A stretch of 64,000 nt of DNA from the human T2T-CHM13v2.0 reference genome, Homo sapiens, in NCBI RefSeq assembly GCF_009914755.1, contig NC_060939.1; one strand, written 5' to 3'. This document shows positions 45,479 through 63,250 of this stretch, piece by piece (the first letter of the stretch is position 1; every line of letters starts with the position of its first letter). The notes beneath the pieces were generated by a model. That model was not told the DNA's origin. It ran no database searches and saw only the letters and a program-made list of their open reading frames with translations. A program made the position numbers and the translations under genes.

Positions 45479-46118
45479 ATGTTTCATTATAATAGAATGA
45501 TTTATATTCCTATGAGTATATACCCAGAAATGAGATTGCTGGGTGAAATGGCAATTCTGGTTCTAGGTCTTTTAGGAATTGCCACACTGTCTTCCACAAT
45601 GGTTGAACTAATTTACATTCCCACCAACAGTGTAAAAGCATTCCTATTGCATCTGTTTTTTGCTTCACTATTCACAATAGCACAGACATGGAATCAACCC
45701 AAATGCCCATCAATGATAGACTAGAAAAAGAAAATGTGGTACCTATACACCATGGAATACTATGCAGTCATAGAAAGGAGCAAGATCATATCCTTTGCAG
45801 GGACATAGATGGAGCTGGAAGCCATTGTCCTTAGCAAACTAACACAGGAACAGAAAACCAAACACCGCATGTTCTCACTTCTAAGTGGAAGCTGAATAAT
45901 GAGAACACAAGCACACAGGGAGGGGAACAAAACACACTGGGACCTACTGGGGGGCTGGGGGGAAGGAGAGCATCAGGATAAATAGCTAGTGCATGGGGGC
46001 CTTAAAACCTAGGTGATAGGTTGATAGGGGTAGCAAACCACCATGACACACGTTTACCTATGTAACAAACCTGCACGTCCTGCACATGTATCCCAGAACT
46101 TAAAATTAAAAAAAAAAA
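45479..46118 (+). mobile_element. L1PA 3' end with 5' inversion (45479-45648 antisense, 45649-46118 sense plus poly-A)
   Basis: CTATTCACAATAGCA..GGAATCAACCCAAATGCCC..CCCAGAACTTAAAA; the upstream block is reverse-complement L1. Confidence 0.88.
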
Positions 46119-46659
46119 TTACATTTCACCTTTTTTAAACCAGAGTGTTGTCATGCTATATCATTTGGATCCCATCATTATAGGCATTATGTATTCTAAT
46201 AAGATGGCAAGAGAAAAAATGTTTAAGCTGTTCAGGCTGGAGGTAAAATGGAAGAGTTGAGGCTGGTCTTGGCTGAGAGTCAGTTGAGTCTGGACTCTGG
46301 CCCTACCTGGCCATGTCTATGGATAAGTTTCTGAACTTCTTTTCTTCAAAATATAACCAGGCTAAGAGCAGCCTGATGGGAGTCCGACTGAGCAGGGTTT
46401 GAATCCCAGCTTTGCCATTTAGCATGATGAGATGTGAGGTAAGTTACTTAATTCAAGCCCCACGTCCTCATCTTTAAATGCAGACAACAGTATCTACCTT
46501 CAGGTTGTTTTCAGGATTAATATAATTTATGTAAAGTATTTTACCCAACATTTGGCATATATTTGTATACAGTAATTGGCATATCTTTGGTATAAAATAA
46601 ATGTTACAAAACATGAGTATTTTCCTTGTTATTGGTGTGGTACCTTGCATTTTCAAGTT

Positions 46660-47013
46660 GTCTTAGTCCATTCACATTACTATAAAAAAACACCTTAGAC
46701 AGGATAATTTAGACAACTATAAAACAGAAATTTATTGCTCACAGTTCTGGAGGGTGGGAGTTTAAGACTGAAGTGTCAGCAGATTTGGTATCTGGCGAGA
46801 GCTTGCTCTCTACTTCATAGATGGTGACTTCTGTGCGTCCTTACTTGGTGGAAGGGGCTAGGGAGATTTTGGAGGCCTCTTTTATGAAGGCACCAATCCC
46901 ATTCATGAGGGCTCTGCCAGTCACATTCCAAAGCCTTCATCTCTTAATACTATTGCATTGGAGATTAAGTTTCAACACATGAATTTTAGAGACACAAACA
47001 TTTAGACCATAGC
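46660..47013 (-). mobile_element. MLT1A/MST-like LTR
   Basis: TGTCTTAGTCCATT..ATTTATTGCTCACAGTTCTGGAGG..AGACCATAGCA. Confidence 0.8.
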
Positions 47014-47308
47014 ACAAGTCAATATGTTTCTCTTTTGTTTAGATTTGCTGAGAGAGAGAAATTGAGAGACAGATTGAGATTCAGTAAAGGGTAAAGTTAC
47101 TGAAGTTGTAAAAGTATATTCAAGAGCATTATATGGGAAATGTATAGGGCATTGCAGCAAATAAAATATAATATGGATACTGTGAATGATTTCTAAAAAC
47201 TCAAGTTTACAAAAAACATATTTTGAAGACTTGAACTGTTTGAAACATTTAATCCTTGTAGATCATGAGTGGAAGAACAGATTCTCTAAGCAGTGAAGAG
47301 AAATAGAG

Positions 47309-47824
47309 CAGTGGTCCCCAACCTTTTTGGCATCAAGGACTGGTTTTGTGGAAGACAATTTTTTTCACAGAGCTGGTGGTGGTGGGGATGGTTTCAGAAT
47401 GATTCAAGCCCATTACATTTATTGTGCACTTTATTTCTATTAGTATTACTTTGTAACATATAATGAAATAGTTATACGACTGACCATAATGTAGAATCCC
47501 TGGGAGCCCTGAGCTTGTTTTCCTGCAACTAGATGTTCCCAGCTGGGGGCAATGGGAGACAGTGACAGATCATCAGTCATTAGATTCTCATAAGGAGCAC
47601 ACAACCTAGATCCCTTGCATGCTTAGTTCACAATAGGGTTCATGCTCCTGTGAGAATCTAACGCTGCTGCTGATCTGACAGGAGGAGGAGCTCAGGGGGT
47701 AACATGAGCCATGAGGAGCAGCTGTAAATACAGATGAAGCTTCGCTCACTCAGCCGCCACTCACCTCCTGCTGTGGAGCCCAGTTCCTAACAGCCATGGA
47801 CTAGTATGGGTTTGGAGAGCCCTG
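47309..47824. mobile_element. MER1A (hAT-Charlie), full length, 8-bp TSD AAATAGAG
   Basis: CAGTGGTCCCCAACCTTTTTGGCA...CCCTG; TSD at 47301-47308 and 47825-47832. Confidence 0.9.
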
Positions 47825-48387
47825 AAATAGAGGATATCCAGCAAGCCTTTCAAATGAGTGAATTATTCCATTCCAACCTCTGGAATATAAAAGATAGTCT
47901 CTCACGAATTCACACTGTGTGGCCTTTTGCATTAAAGCAATCACCTAAGTTATCTGGAGCTTCATGTACATGGGTCAGATGTTGCTGGCATTGTCCTAAC
48001 TCTGCGTGGCTGCTCTCAAATCAGTCCTTCACCATCTCCATGAGAGTCATGCTGTGAGACCCTAATTTCCTTCATTTTTTCAAAGATGTCTGTTTTCCAG
48101 GAGGACACGTCTGCGTTTTTAAGGAAAACTCTGGCTACAGGCCATCAGATGTTTTTCCCCCTGCCAACATTCTGGGTAACGTTAGCGCATTTGTGCAAAA
48201 TACATTCAACACCCTGGCCTTACAACTTTTGATCTCCTTATCTTCAATAACATGTATTTCTACTCTAATTTAGGCACCCACATTCATTGCCTCATCAGGA
48301 ATGATGACATCTTCTGTAGTTATTCACATTGTATTTTTGAATTTCAGTGGCCCTCTCACCTTTGACTTCAATACCTGATTCTTTTAG

Positions 48388-48757
<370 letters not shown>

Positions 48758-49756
48758 AACCAAATATCTCTTAAGCACCTCAAGTGCTTTACAACATGGA
48801 ATGCCAGAATATACCAATTCCAAGCAAAATCCACACAGGAGTGAAAAATTCTGTTTAGATAAATGCAACTATTCCAAAACATGCTTTCAAATAACACTTC
48901 TTCCTTAGTGCTGAGGGCCATCTTGATACTTTGTTAAAAGGATTCCATGGAAAGACAGAATAGAGAGATTGAGGGAGAGTGTGATGCTTTCTTAAATGCC
49001 CTGATCCTGAGTTAGATGTGTCAGCAATGTGTCCTGGAGCTTTTTCTAAACCTCCTGTTTCCACATCTACCACCTTCTATCACACTGGATTCTTTACATA
49101 GTTTCCACCACGACACTGTAAATGTTAAGGATGTCAAATCAAGACTGAATCTTGGTTTTTCCATTGCCTTTATATTATAGCAAAGTACCTGGTACACAGT
49201 TTATAGTTAATAAGTATTTATCATCTAAGTGGATTAGTTACCCTACATTATCTTCCCAAATAAATGCCGATTTCAAATAAATACCAAATTTTGCCAACTC
49301 TCTATTCACACCCACATCTTTCATTTTCAGGAAATGACATATTCTCTTTAATGAAAATAAGGACATAAAGTATCATCTACCTTTATGTAGCCAGTCCCAC
49401 CCTCCTATAAACTTACCTATAATTGGGTGATGAGTCATCCTTCCTCTCACCTTGTAATTTTTTCACTTGTATAATTTTTCACTTGTAGAATTGATCTAGC
49501 TCATGCCTTTCATTGTATCTTGTATCTTTCCCCATTTGTTATTGTGTCTCGTATCTCTGCCTTCAGCCCTTTCCACTTCTCTATCTCTTATTTTGCCTGT
49601 AAACATGATTGAGGCAAAATGATTGAGGTAGAATGACATAACCAAAAAGAGGGTAATTTCAGAATTTCACTCCAATGTGAGAGAGCTCCAGTGGGCCCTT
49701 TTGTCTTCTAAAATCACCCTCTTTTTTGTTATGCTATTCTCTAGCTTCCAACTACA

Positions 49757-49883
49757 TTTTTTTAAAGAGATGGGGTCTCGCTACATTGACCAGGCTGGTC
49801 TTGAAATCCTGACCTCAAGTGATCCTCCCATCTTAGCCTCCCAAAGTGCTGGGATTACAGGCGTGATCCATCACAGCCAGGCC
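49757..49883 (-). mobile_element. FLAM / Alu left monomer
   Basis: ~125-bp monomer. Confidence 0.8.
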
Positions 49884-51498
49884 CCAATTACTATCTTGCT
49901 GACCCTTTTCTAACTCTCTTCTTTCGAAAGGAGTTTTCAATTTGCTACTTTACTTCCTAATATCCCATTCATGCATCAACCCAATGTAGAGTAGCTTCTA
50001 TTCTAACTACTCTACCAAAGCTGTTCTTCTATACCGTTCCACTCCTTTCACTCAAAGTACCCCATATTTTTGAAGAATGGTATCATTCATGATACAATGT
50101 TCTCTAGTAAGCAGACTTGGACATGGAGATATATACTAGGGAGTGCCCTTGAATCCAAGGCACTGTGAAAAGGAGAAGAAGGAAGCTGGATTGAGGGAAA
50201 GGGAAAAAGCTGGGCTGAAAAGAAGTCCTGGACCACAGCTTTGGCTCATCTCACAGGGGACTTTGAAGATAAAATGGCCCACTGGCATCCTTTCACATTG
50301 CAATGACATGACTGAGTCTTTATAGGCCCCAAGTCCCCTCCCCACCTCTTTCACCTGCCTCCTTGCCTCACCTCAATCAGTCATTGCATATGCACCACAA
50401 CTGGGAACCTCAGGACCTTAGGCAGGGGGAAGCTCTGCAGCTGAGGTGACGTCTGAAGGGGCTCACAACTGAGTCCTGTCTACTGACACAGCTCTCAGGG
50501 AGGACCTAGGTGATGCATCTCTGTGTATATCATATATATGAGTAATGATATTAGAGGTTTTATAATTTAACCTTTTTTCTCCTTTTTATCTTTAATCTTC
50601 ACTGTATTTCAGTCATGGTCTTGAGGTTTCAAAGTGACCTTTAAGATTCAGCAAAGAATATACAGCTTTTTAAACATGGGGAATAAAACAAGAACAATGT
50701 GATAGCATAGTGTAATGGTGCCATAGAAATAAACAATAAAAAGAATTTAAAGAGAGAACCAGGAGTCAATTTCATAAATGCCACCATTACATTACTTAGG
50801 TTAAGCTTTTGAATTTATCTAGAAAAATGTCATTGGCTAAGACATTAACATTTATAGAGGAATGCAAAAGTGCAAAATTAAAGTTCCTAAGAATCAAGTC
50901 CAGAAAAATAGAAAATGTGTAAAGGCTGTTGTTCTCAGTTTGGCAAATAAAATAAAAAAAAAAATAAGCAAACCCAGAATTGGTTAATTTCAAATAACAT
51001 TTCTAGTATTTCCCACACATTTTTTTTTACATATTTTAAAATCACTAATACAGCATTACATTTTAAAAAGGCATATTTGAATACCTTACCTTGAAATCAT
51101 AAGATGCATTTGTTCAATGAAATCTTACAGTAAAGCAGCATAAAAAATATAAATTGTACAGTGTGATATAAATGCAAACTATTTGATGTTCAATTTAACC
51201 ATTTTTTTCAGGAACCTAAATGTTAGTTATTTATTATTACTTTAACGACTTAATATTAATTACAATGAAAAGAATATTGCCTTTGAGATCTTTCATTAAT
51301 GATTCAGTTCCCAGGCCCTGATTTCTTTATAAACTTATAAATTCTTAAGAGAGAAATGTACTTGGCTCAAATTTAATCATGTTAGAATACAGGTTCTGTA
51401 TCAACTTAGTTTTTGTAGACACTATATGGTATAAGGAGACAATGTTTAATTTTATGTCAATTTCTTGCATAAACTTGTTCAAGTAATTCATTCAATAA

Positions 51499-51843
<345 letters not shown>

Positions 51844-52067
51844 ATCCCAGGTACTATTAAAAACACTGATATTATATGGTGAAAAAGACTGACGGGGTCC
51901 CAGTACATGCTTTATATGGAACATACTGATGTCTTTTCTAAAACCTCAAGTATAGTCTCTGATTTGCCTATATAAAGAGTGACAAGTTTTATTTTTACTT
52001 TCTGCAAAAATTCAGTTTCTTGTTGTTTTATCATCATACATACAACTTTTATTCAAATATTCATCTA

Positions 52068-52660
<593 letters not shown>

Positions 52661-52904
52661 CCTAGGATGGGAAACCCGTTATACTGTAATACAGAGATGA
52701 GCTTTCTCTTCCTCTAACTACTTTTAAAGTCTAAGATAATTAGGAAATGATGTTTTGTGTAGCTATATTTTGATTTAAAATTATCTGCCTCAATTACTGA
52801 TGAACTAACTTGATTTTGTGCCTGAGTTTTAATAACTGTGATATTTTGAATCAATGTGAGTTATTTGATCAGTTCAAAATATCCAAAAAAAATTTATCTG
52901 GTTA

Positions 52905-53172
52905 AGATCATGTGCATCTCCATGATGGGATTAGTGTTCTTATAGGAAGAGAAACTGAGACCACAGCTCTCTGTCTTTCTCTATTTTGTGCCATGTGAAG
53001 ACATTGTCAGAAGGCAGGAGCCTGTAGTCTAGGAAGGGGGCTTTCACCAGGGACTGAATCTGCCGGCACCTTGTGGAGGATTTCCCAGCCTCCAAAACTG
53101 TGAGAAATAAATGTCTGCTTAAGACACCAGTCTCTGGTATTCTGTTACGGCAGCTTGAGCTGCCTAAGACAC
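52905..53172 (+). mobile_element. MLT1A0-like LTR fragment
   Basis: ATGGGATTAGTG..TCCCAGCCTCCAAAACTGTGAGAAATAAATG. Confidence 0.75.
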
Positions 53173-53347
53173 CATGACAATATAAAAATATTAACAAGAT
53201 TAGCCTGGGCACCATAAGAAGACCCCATCTTTAAAAATAATACAAATAATAATAATAATAACAACAAACTAAAACATTTTGAATTTTTAAGTGATAATTT
53301 TCTCATTAGATACTGAATCACCTACTTAGAAAGATACAGATCCCAGG

Positions 53348-53773
<426 letters not shown>

Positions 53774-53828
53774 TTATCAGTTTTATTTTGACTTTTATTT
53801 ATTTAAAAATATTAAATGTATTTTATAA

Positions 53829-54154
<326 letters not shown>

Positions 54155-54974
54155 TCATTCAAGTATATTTATATAGGAATGTCTGAAATACTGCCACCTA
54201 ATGTTCAGCAATTATTTTCATTTCTGAGCAGTAGAATTTGAGTGATTTTTATTACTTTTGATTCTGCAATGTGATGTATTCTTTAATTTTTTCATAATGT
54301 CTTTCGTATTTATTAAAAGGTTAATTAAATCATCCTAAGAATATTTTATGCATATTTTTGTTAAAATGGGATGTTTAATAGTCAAAATTCTCCATTTACT
54401 AAATCTTTCTCAGTCAATGCTTCAGACTTTCCTTTTCTACATTTACTAAAAATTTAATTTCAATGTTATATACTAGAATAACATAAAGTATCTATTTTAA
54501 ATTTTACCTTCACAAACATCTTTAACCAGAAAATGAAATAAGCATTTAAAATATCAAATAAAATACTAGTTTTCAGGTCTGTTGCTTTGAAAATGTGCTT
54601 CCTCGTTGAGCAGTATCTGAATTTTTATTACTATACCAGGGTATAGATGAAATATCTAACTAGTATACTTTTAAATTGAAACTGCAAAAAATATATACAG
54701 AATTCAGTAGTGCATATTCAGCATGTAAAACATTTTGCCTATTACATTCTTCATGTTGATGGTAGCTATGGCTAAAGTTTGTAGATACTTGGTTTCGTTA
54801 GCTTTTAGAGTTGCTTAGGTTAAATATGCTATAATATACCAGTCCCTGCTGGCTTTGAACTACTTGGAATTCTAAGAAGTGGAGCAACATAGTACAAACC
54901 TATAGAAAATATGATAAATGTACCACGAATGACACAAAATATTTTCTGCATGTCACATAAGGAGTCATTCTCTA

Positions 54975-55289
<315 letters not shown>

Positions 55290-58239
55290 GTTCCCAATGC
55301 ACAAATCAATCAAGAATTTCACCCCCAACAGTGAAAAAAAAATGTGAAAGCAGTCAGGTTTTAGTCACTGTAAATCACAATTTCAATTCCACCCCGTCCA
55401 AAGAAAGCTATGTACGTCCTTCTCATTCCAAACACATACAGGCCATGAGTTAATAATCTTTCATTCTTCTAAAATACCAACAGGTTTGCTTTTTTACTTT
55501 CATTTGTAGTTTATAGCACTCACAATTAAATTGATCCAAATGTATTTGAGGTATATTTTATATATATATATATATGGATCAAAGGTCAATGCTATTGTCT
55601 ATGCATTAGCCACTCCCATTTATGAGAATTTTCTGAACTTGTTGCTATATATCTCTTAAATGGTGTCCGTTGGCCACATTTCTTTCCTGAGAAACAACTG
55701 AGCAGCTGACAATGAAAATGAAGCTCTCTGCATTCCTGTTAGGCATACTGCATACATCTTAGGCTCTCTGCATGCCTCTTAGGCACTTACATTTACATAT
55801 ATTTGTATCTCATTACATAGTGATACAGTCCTAAAATAAAGTAAATAATGAGTTATTTTCTAGACAAATTTGATGAGGCTTTTATTTGATAACAAATTAA
55901 AATTATGCCACCAGATGCCTATACCTTGACTTATAAAATGTGTTATGTTCTGCATGGGCAAATAGAAAGTGCAGAAATTGAACGGCTGCCTGGTAAAATT
56001 ACCTAAATCCACAATGCCACTGGACAACATTGAACTAGATATTTAAATAAGTGAAAGTAATCAAGTAGTTGAGTTCACTGATAAAATTATACTTGGAACC
56101 TTACATCATTCCCAGATTAATATATACAATGTATATCAAATGTCATTGCTATGGGAATGGAAACTGTTACACATGAGGTTAAATTTTTATAAGGAATTTT
56201 TTTTCCTCTAGAACTGACATTGAGAAACTTGATATCCTCTGTTTATGGCATGTCTTAAGAAAATGTCAACCCAATGTCAAAGGATAATTAATTTTTTTAA
56301 AGAAAAGAAAAATAATGGTTCTCATACAAATGTAAAATGAATATATGTTCATGATTTTATTTAACTGATTAATAAATAAGAGTGCCACAGGATGTTTTAA
56401 CGGGTTCAAAGGAGAATACAAAGAGCAGAGAATATATAGGCAGACATTCAGGCTGAAATGAATTTGCTTAATAAAGGCAAAACTAGCCAATATCCATAGG
56501 GTGATGGTCAAATATATCTACACTGGATAATTTGCATTTTCATGGACAGGAATTATTGGCAATTTACACAGTTGTGAAATAGGTAAAACAAACAAAAAGT
56601 GAAAGGTTCAGAAACCCCATACAATCAGCTAAACTAACATTTAGTTTTCCATTGAAAATATTTAGCAATTTTTTGAGACCATTTCAAAGTTTTTCTTAAT
56701 TTTTCTCTGCTCTAAACAAGTATATAAATTATTTCCAATGAAAATTAGAGCTTTTTCTTTGTTGAATTAGTATTTTGAAAAATTTATGGAAGGAGACAGA
56801 ACATAAAAGCAGTTGCCAAGTTTATCAATTAAGTTGGTACGATTACAAATCCCAATTAAGAAATATTTTTAAGTATATTTTTCTTTCCAAGACAAATAGA
56901 CATTAAACAGTCCTAATGTTCATATCCTTTATGTTACATATATATGTATAGATGTGTAAGTATATGTATATCTACATGTATATAAAAAGACACAAACTCA
57001 CATAGTTATTTCAGAGAATTATTTATGGAAATGTGTTGGGTTTTCTTTTTGTAAAGCTACGTTATCAAGAAGTTATTCTTAGTTTTACAGAAAATAAAAC
57101 AGCTCTAGCTCTTTGTATCATAAGATAAATATCTGTTTATAAATATCAGTATTTTCTAATACTTCTGATGTACTCTTTTGGAGGTAATGGTATATGAAAC
57201 CCTATAAGAGCAATTCTACTTCATTAATTAATTCGGAAGAAACACAAGTTTTTAAGACCCAGTGTATGCCAACAATTGACAAAGTCATTAAGGTAGACAA
57301 AGATGGGTAGAGCCTGGGCTTTGGCTATGAATGTTAGAAAATGAATCACTGAAAGTAAAACATGTTTAAAAGATTAAAATAACAAAAAATGGTTTGAAAT
57401 TAATTTCAGTTATTGGCCATCAATTGGTTAGAAAGAGTAATTAAGAATGAGTCAAAGCTTTTTTCTCTTCATTTAGGTCAAATATGTCATAAAAATAGTC
57501 AATTTTAGATTATTATAAGTCAATTATGTCAAAATGGTTGAATGACATGTCATTGAAATTAATCTTTAGCTTGTAATGCTATCATTTCAGTTTTAATTAA
57601 TATTGGGGCCAAAATGTTCATTAGATACTGTTTTTAATGATCAGTTTTTATGCAAATGATTTATATAAGTCAGAACTTCAATTCAATGTTTGGTAGCTGT
57701 TTGATTTTTAGGACATTATATATTGAAATGTACACTGATTATCCTAAAGTTGTAAATATTTAAGAAACTTTACAGCAAAAAGTCTAAAATAAAGATATAT
57801 TTATATTATTTCCAAAACAGAAAATTTAAATTGATTCCCTAGTCAAAGAAACTGTTTGTAAATAAAATGTAACAAACTATATATTCCTTGGCCCCCAGAC
57901 ATTTTAAAGTCACTTTTCCTTTTTATATACATGTTCTAATATTATAAACAGTGAGCTCAGGAATACCCTAATTTGTCTTTTGTATATTTTCAGCAGATTG
58001 TGCTGTTTCAAATTCTATTATTTTACTCCAATTCTTTTGTTTACATATTGCTTTTTTTGCTAGCGTTTTTTGTATTTTAAAATATATTACTATATTGTAT
58101 ATAGTAATATTGTGTTTCTATTTCTCTTTCTTCATGTTTTATTTTGTTCCATAACCTTTGGCTTGTCCTTTTTATTCCATATTCCCATTTGTAGATGTAG
58201 TTTTCAAAGGTGCTTATTTACACAAACTTAAGACTCTTG

Positions 58240-58634
<395 letters not shown>

Positions 58635-58904
58635 TCATCTATTGCCCAATGCAATAGGCATTGAGAATAGAACTTGCGACAACTCTCTGTTAACAATAGA
58701 AAAAATGGGATAAGATAGAGGCAAGGAACATACATTCACGGAGCAAGAGGAAACACTGAAGAACTAATAGAAATTGGGCTTATTAAAATAAACTTACCAA
58801 GGTATGGTACCAATTCTCCTTTTTTTGTTCAGTCCATAATAGAGTTCTTAATGCTTTCAATTTTTTTCTTATAATAGTTTTCCTAAATATATTTCATTTA
58901 TTGG

Positions 58905-59200
<296 letters not shown>

Positions 59201-60989
59201 TAAATCTATTATTTAAAAATCCACCTGTACAATTGGTATTCACAGAAATTGCCCATATATGTTATTATTTTATTCTCATAACTCTCTATGCCAAGTATAG
59301 ATACATTATTGATGTGGAAAATTAGATCACAGAGATAAAGTGACTTTCCCAAGGTCAGTGCAGAAAGGGAAAGGTGAAAATTTGAAATTGTACCTGAAGA
59401 GTAAGAGCAAAGGGGTTAAGGAGTTACTCATAGATCTTTGTGCCTCAGAGGTCCTTACTGAGAGTTTTAATCCAAATGGTTTGGTAAATTTGGGGCGACA
59501 GCTATAACATGGCTTATGTGATGCTTAGTGTTTTGGAACCATCAAGATCTTTGCAATGGCATCACAGATAACAACCCCATCATCTTGTACAACATGGACA
59601 TGTTGGGAAATAATGTTTTAGTTCAGTCATTGAACTGACCCAAACTTCTGTGTTCATATTTTTATAGACCTCATGATTGTTAAGATATAAAGAAGCATCA
59701 GAAGTTTTGTTTTTTTTTTTTTAATTACAAAGGAGTTAGGATATTCCTAACATCCAAAGTGAATTAAAATAATTCACTTTGATGTGAGAAAGAGCTTCTT
59801 GTCTTAGGGACACTGGTGAGGTGAATTCACAACTATGGGTTGTTTTAATTGAATTACATCCTCAGAGGGTTAGTTTTGAGCTCTGAATCTACAATCTGTA
59901 TTTTGCAAGTAATCAATGGTATTTATTTAAGTGCTCTTGGTAAAGATAATGTGAATAGGGAAATCTGCTTATTTCTAGCATAAAATTGTTTATTAAGCAA
60001 AATAATAGAGCACTGCAAATTAACTAGTAAAAAATTGAAATCTTTAACTTTCACACCTTCATTTGATATTTACTGAATATTCTGGGGACTAGCTTATATG
60101 TAATTTAGCTCAACTTTTGTTTAAAATAGGAAACTGAACTTTGAAAATAAGTACTTTTAAAAATATTTTAGAATGCAAGATAGTTTTCATGGAAACTTTC
60201 ATGGAATAATATTCTTTATATTTTAGAATCAAGGTATGTTCCTACTTGGTATTTAATCAAGGAAATACCTAAATCAAGAACAATTCCAAATGGCTGTTTA
60301 TTAAGTGTGATGGTTTACTAATGTCAACAAAAGTGAAAAAAATTATATTGAAGTATAAATAGTAATCTTGTTTAACATATTTATAAATACATTTTTGTAC
60401 ATATTTGTGTTTTGTACCTATTTATATAAAAAAATTATTATCTTTTGTACAAATATTTTTAAGATCTGGCACTTTTTTAGCACCCCAGAAAAATATTTTT
60501 CAGGCTCTCAGCTGATGCTGAGAAAAAGAAGTCAGTCTCATATGTTACCATAGATTAATATTGCCTATCTTTGTCTTCATATAAATGGAAGCATACGGTA
60601 TTTATTTTTTTCTGGCTTATTTCACTCAAAATTACATTTGTGAAATCTGTTTATGTTAAGGACCAGTGATTCATTCCTTTTTGTTTTGTGTAGCACCCTG
60701 TTGAATGAATATGGAGCTTTCCAATCCGTTCTATCCTGATGAATATCCAGGTGTTTCTGTTGAAACTGCTGGTCATATATTATGTGTTTAAATGTAGTAG
60801 ATAATGATAATTATTTTTCCAAAATGGTTGTATCAACTTAATAACTCATTCAAATACGTGAAGACCTTCTAACAATCTAAAAAGATGGACCTCCAATTTC
60901 AAATAATAAATAAAAAGATTAAGTACTTGAACAGGCAGTATATGCACATTTTTTAAAATAAAAGATTGAGTTAAATTTTGTAAAATGTA

Positions 60990-61348
<359 letters not shown>

Positions 61349-62354
61349 TTATTATATAACACAGATTTTGGATATGACGAGTGCTGAACTGAGGCTTTTC
61401 ACTTGATATGCATTACAAATTAGAATTTTTCACTCACAAAACATGCTTATGACAATTTTATATGTGAATAGAATTGTAAAAATTGCCTTAAGAGTTATTG
61501 AATAAAATGTTTAAAGTGCCTCATAGGATGAGGAAAAAATGGAAGAGTTAATTAACAAGGATACAAAGCGTAAAAGATAGAGAAGAATAAGAGTTCAAAT
61601 AAAATCGAATGAAAAGACACCATCTTGTGTAACTCTGTAGTTAATTGTGCATGTGTGCTATTTTTCATGACTTGGAGCACGTTATTTTTTGGCGAAGAGC
61701 TTCCATTCTATCTATGGATATGCCAAAATTTTCCTATTTTAGATCTTCTAGTCTCCAACTCTCAAGATAAAAAACAAAAATCATTAAAACCTCTGACTGA
61801 TATTGAATGCCTGCAAAAATATCTCCTCCCATCACCTTGCAACAGATGACTTGCTCGTACACCTTTTTGACTACCACTCCCCATCAAGGGTTCTCTCCTT
61901 CGAGACGGCAGTAATTCTCTATGTATTTCATGTTATGTGCAAACTTTACTTTCAAAGAGTTGTTACCTATATTAATGTATTTACATCATTCACTTAATAT
62001 ATTTTCTCTATCAGTAAAATTGGTTTAGATATATTGGATTAGGATAGAACACGTCACAATTTTTCTCACCTTTATGATTTTTTTTTTAGTTGGACCGTTT
62101 TTCAGTTGGTGACAGTGTCAGAAATGAATTAAAGTTGTTAAGAATAGGTAAGGGTAAAGAGAAGGGTGTCCTTATGTATCAACTTTGCTTATTTAGTTTT
62201 TTCAAGTTCAATAAGACCCTCCTCTCCCTTCAAGGAAGATGATTCCTAGGCACGTCTGTTATTTCTATCAAAACACCTGAGGTTTTTTTTTTCATTCATA
62301 TTGTTAAAATACCAATTGTGGAGCGAAAAATGCTTCACCTGGGACTGTCCCCTG

Positions 62355-63250
62355 ACAGGCGGTGCGACGAGGTCAGGCCCGCGCCCGCCAAGCCCTAGGG
62401 CCGCTGCCGCCGACGGCCATGGAGGACGAGCAGCCCGACAGCCTGGAGGGCTGGGCGCCGCTCCGGGAGGGCCTCTTCGCCGATCCCCAGGGGCACCGGT
62501 TGCGCTTCCTGGTGGCTTGGAACGGCGCGGAGGGCAAGTTTGCTGTGACTTGTCACGACCGCACCGCGCAGCAGCCGCAGCGGCGCGAGGGGCCCGGCTG
62601 GGGCTGGAGCACAAGCCCGAGGCCGCCGTGTCCCCGCCCAGCTGGGCCGGCCGGCTCTCGGCCGCGGGGTTCCGCGGCGCGCGCCGGCAGCTAGCGGCGC
62701 TGTGGCCGCCTCTGGAACACTGCTTCCCACGGCTGCCGCCGGAGCTGGACGTGGGCGGCGGCGGGGCCTGAGGTCTGGGGCTCGGGCGGTGGGCGCTGCT
62801 GTGGCCGGCGCGCGTGGGCCCCGGCGAGGCGGCACTGCAGGAGCTTTGCGGGCAGCTGGAGCGCTACCTGGGCGCGGCGGCCCACGGCTGTGGCTGCGCC
62901 ACCGTGCGCGACGCTCTCTTCGCGGCTAACGGCCGCGCGGCCGACTGCGAGAGCCCGCGCGAGTTTCGGGAGCGGGCCCTGCGCGCCTGATGGGTCGAGG
63001 CGGACGCGCGGCTGCGTCAGGTAAGCGAGGCCGGGCCGCCGGCGTTTGACCGCGCTTGGGTGGCCTGGGACCCGGTGGGAGGCTTCCCCGGCGCCGAGAG
63101 CCCTGGCTGACGGCTGATGGGGAGGAGCCGGCGGGCGGAGAAGGCCACGGGCTCCCCAGTACCCTCACCTGCGCGGGATCGCTGCGGGAAACCAGGGGGA
63201 GCTTCGGCAGGGCCTGCAGAGAGGACAAGCGAAGTTAGAGCCTAGTGTAC
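62355..63250. promoter_or_regulatory. CpG island / promoter of the WHAMM pseudogene
   Basis: Very GC- and CpG-dense ~0.9 kb within AT-rich flanks. Confidence 0.9.
62419..63020 (+). pseudogene. WHAMMP3: WHAMM unprocessed pseudogene, exon 1 (gene continues beyond the window); best guess WHAMMP3
   Basis: MEDEQPDSLEGW...RFLVAWNGAEGKFAVTCHDRT matches the WHAMM N-terminus; 1-nt frameshift at ~62590; TGA at 62769-62771 and 62988-62990; donor CAG|GTAAGC at 63020. The paralog number is inferred. Confidence 0.88.
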
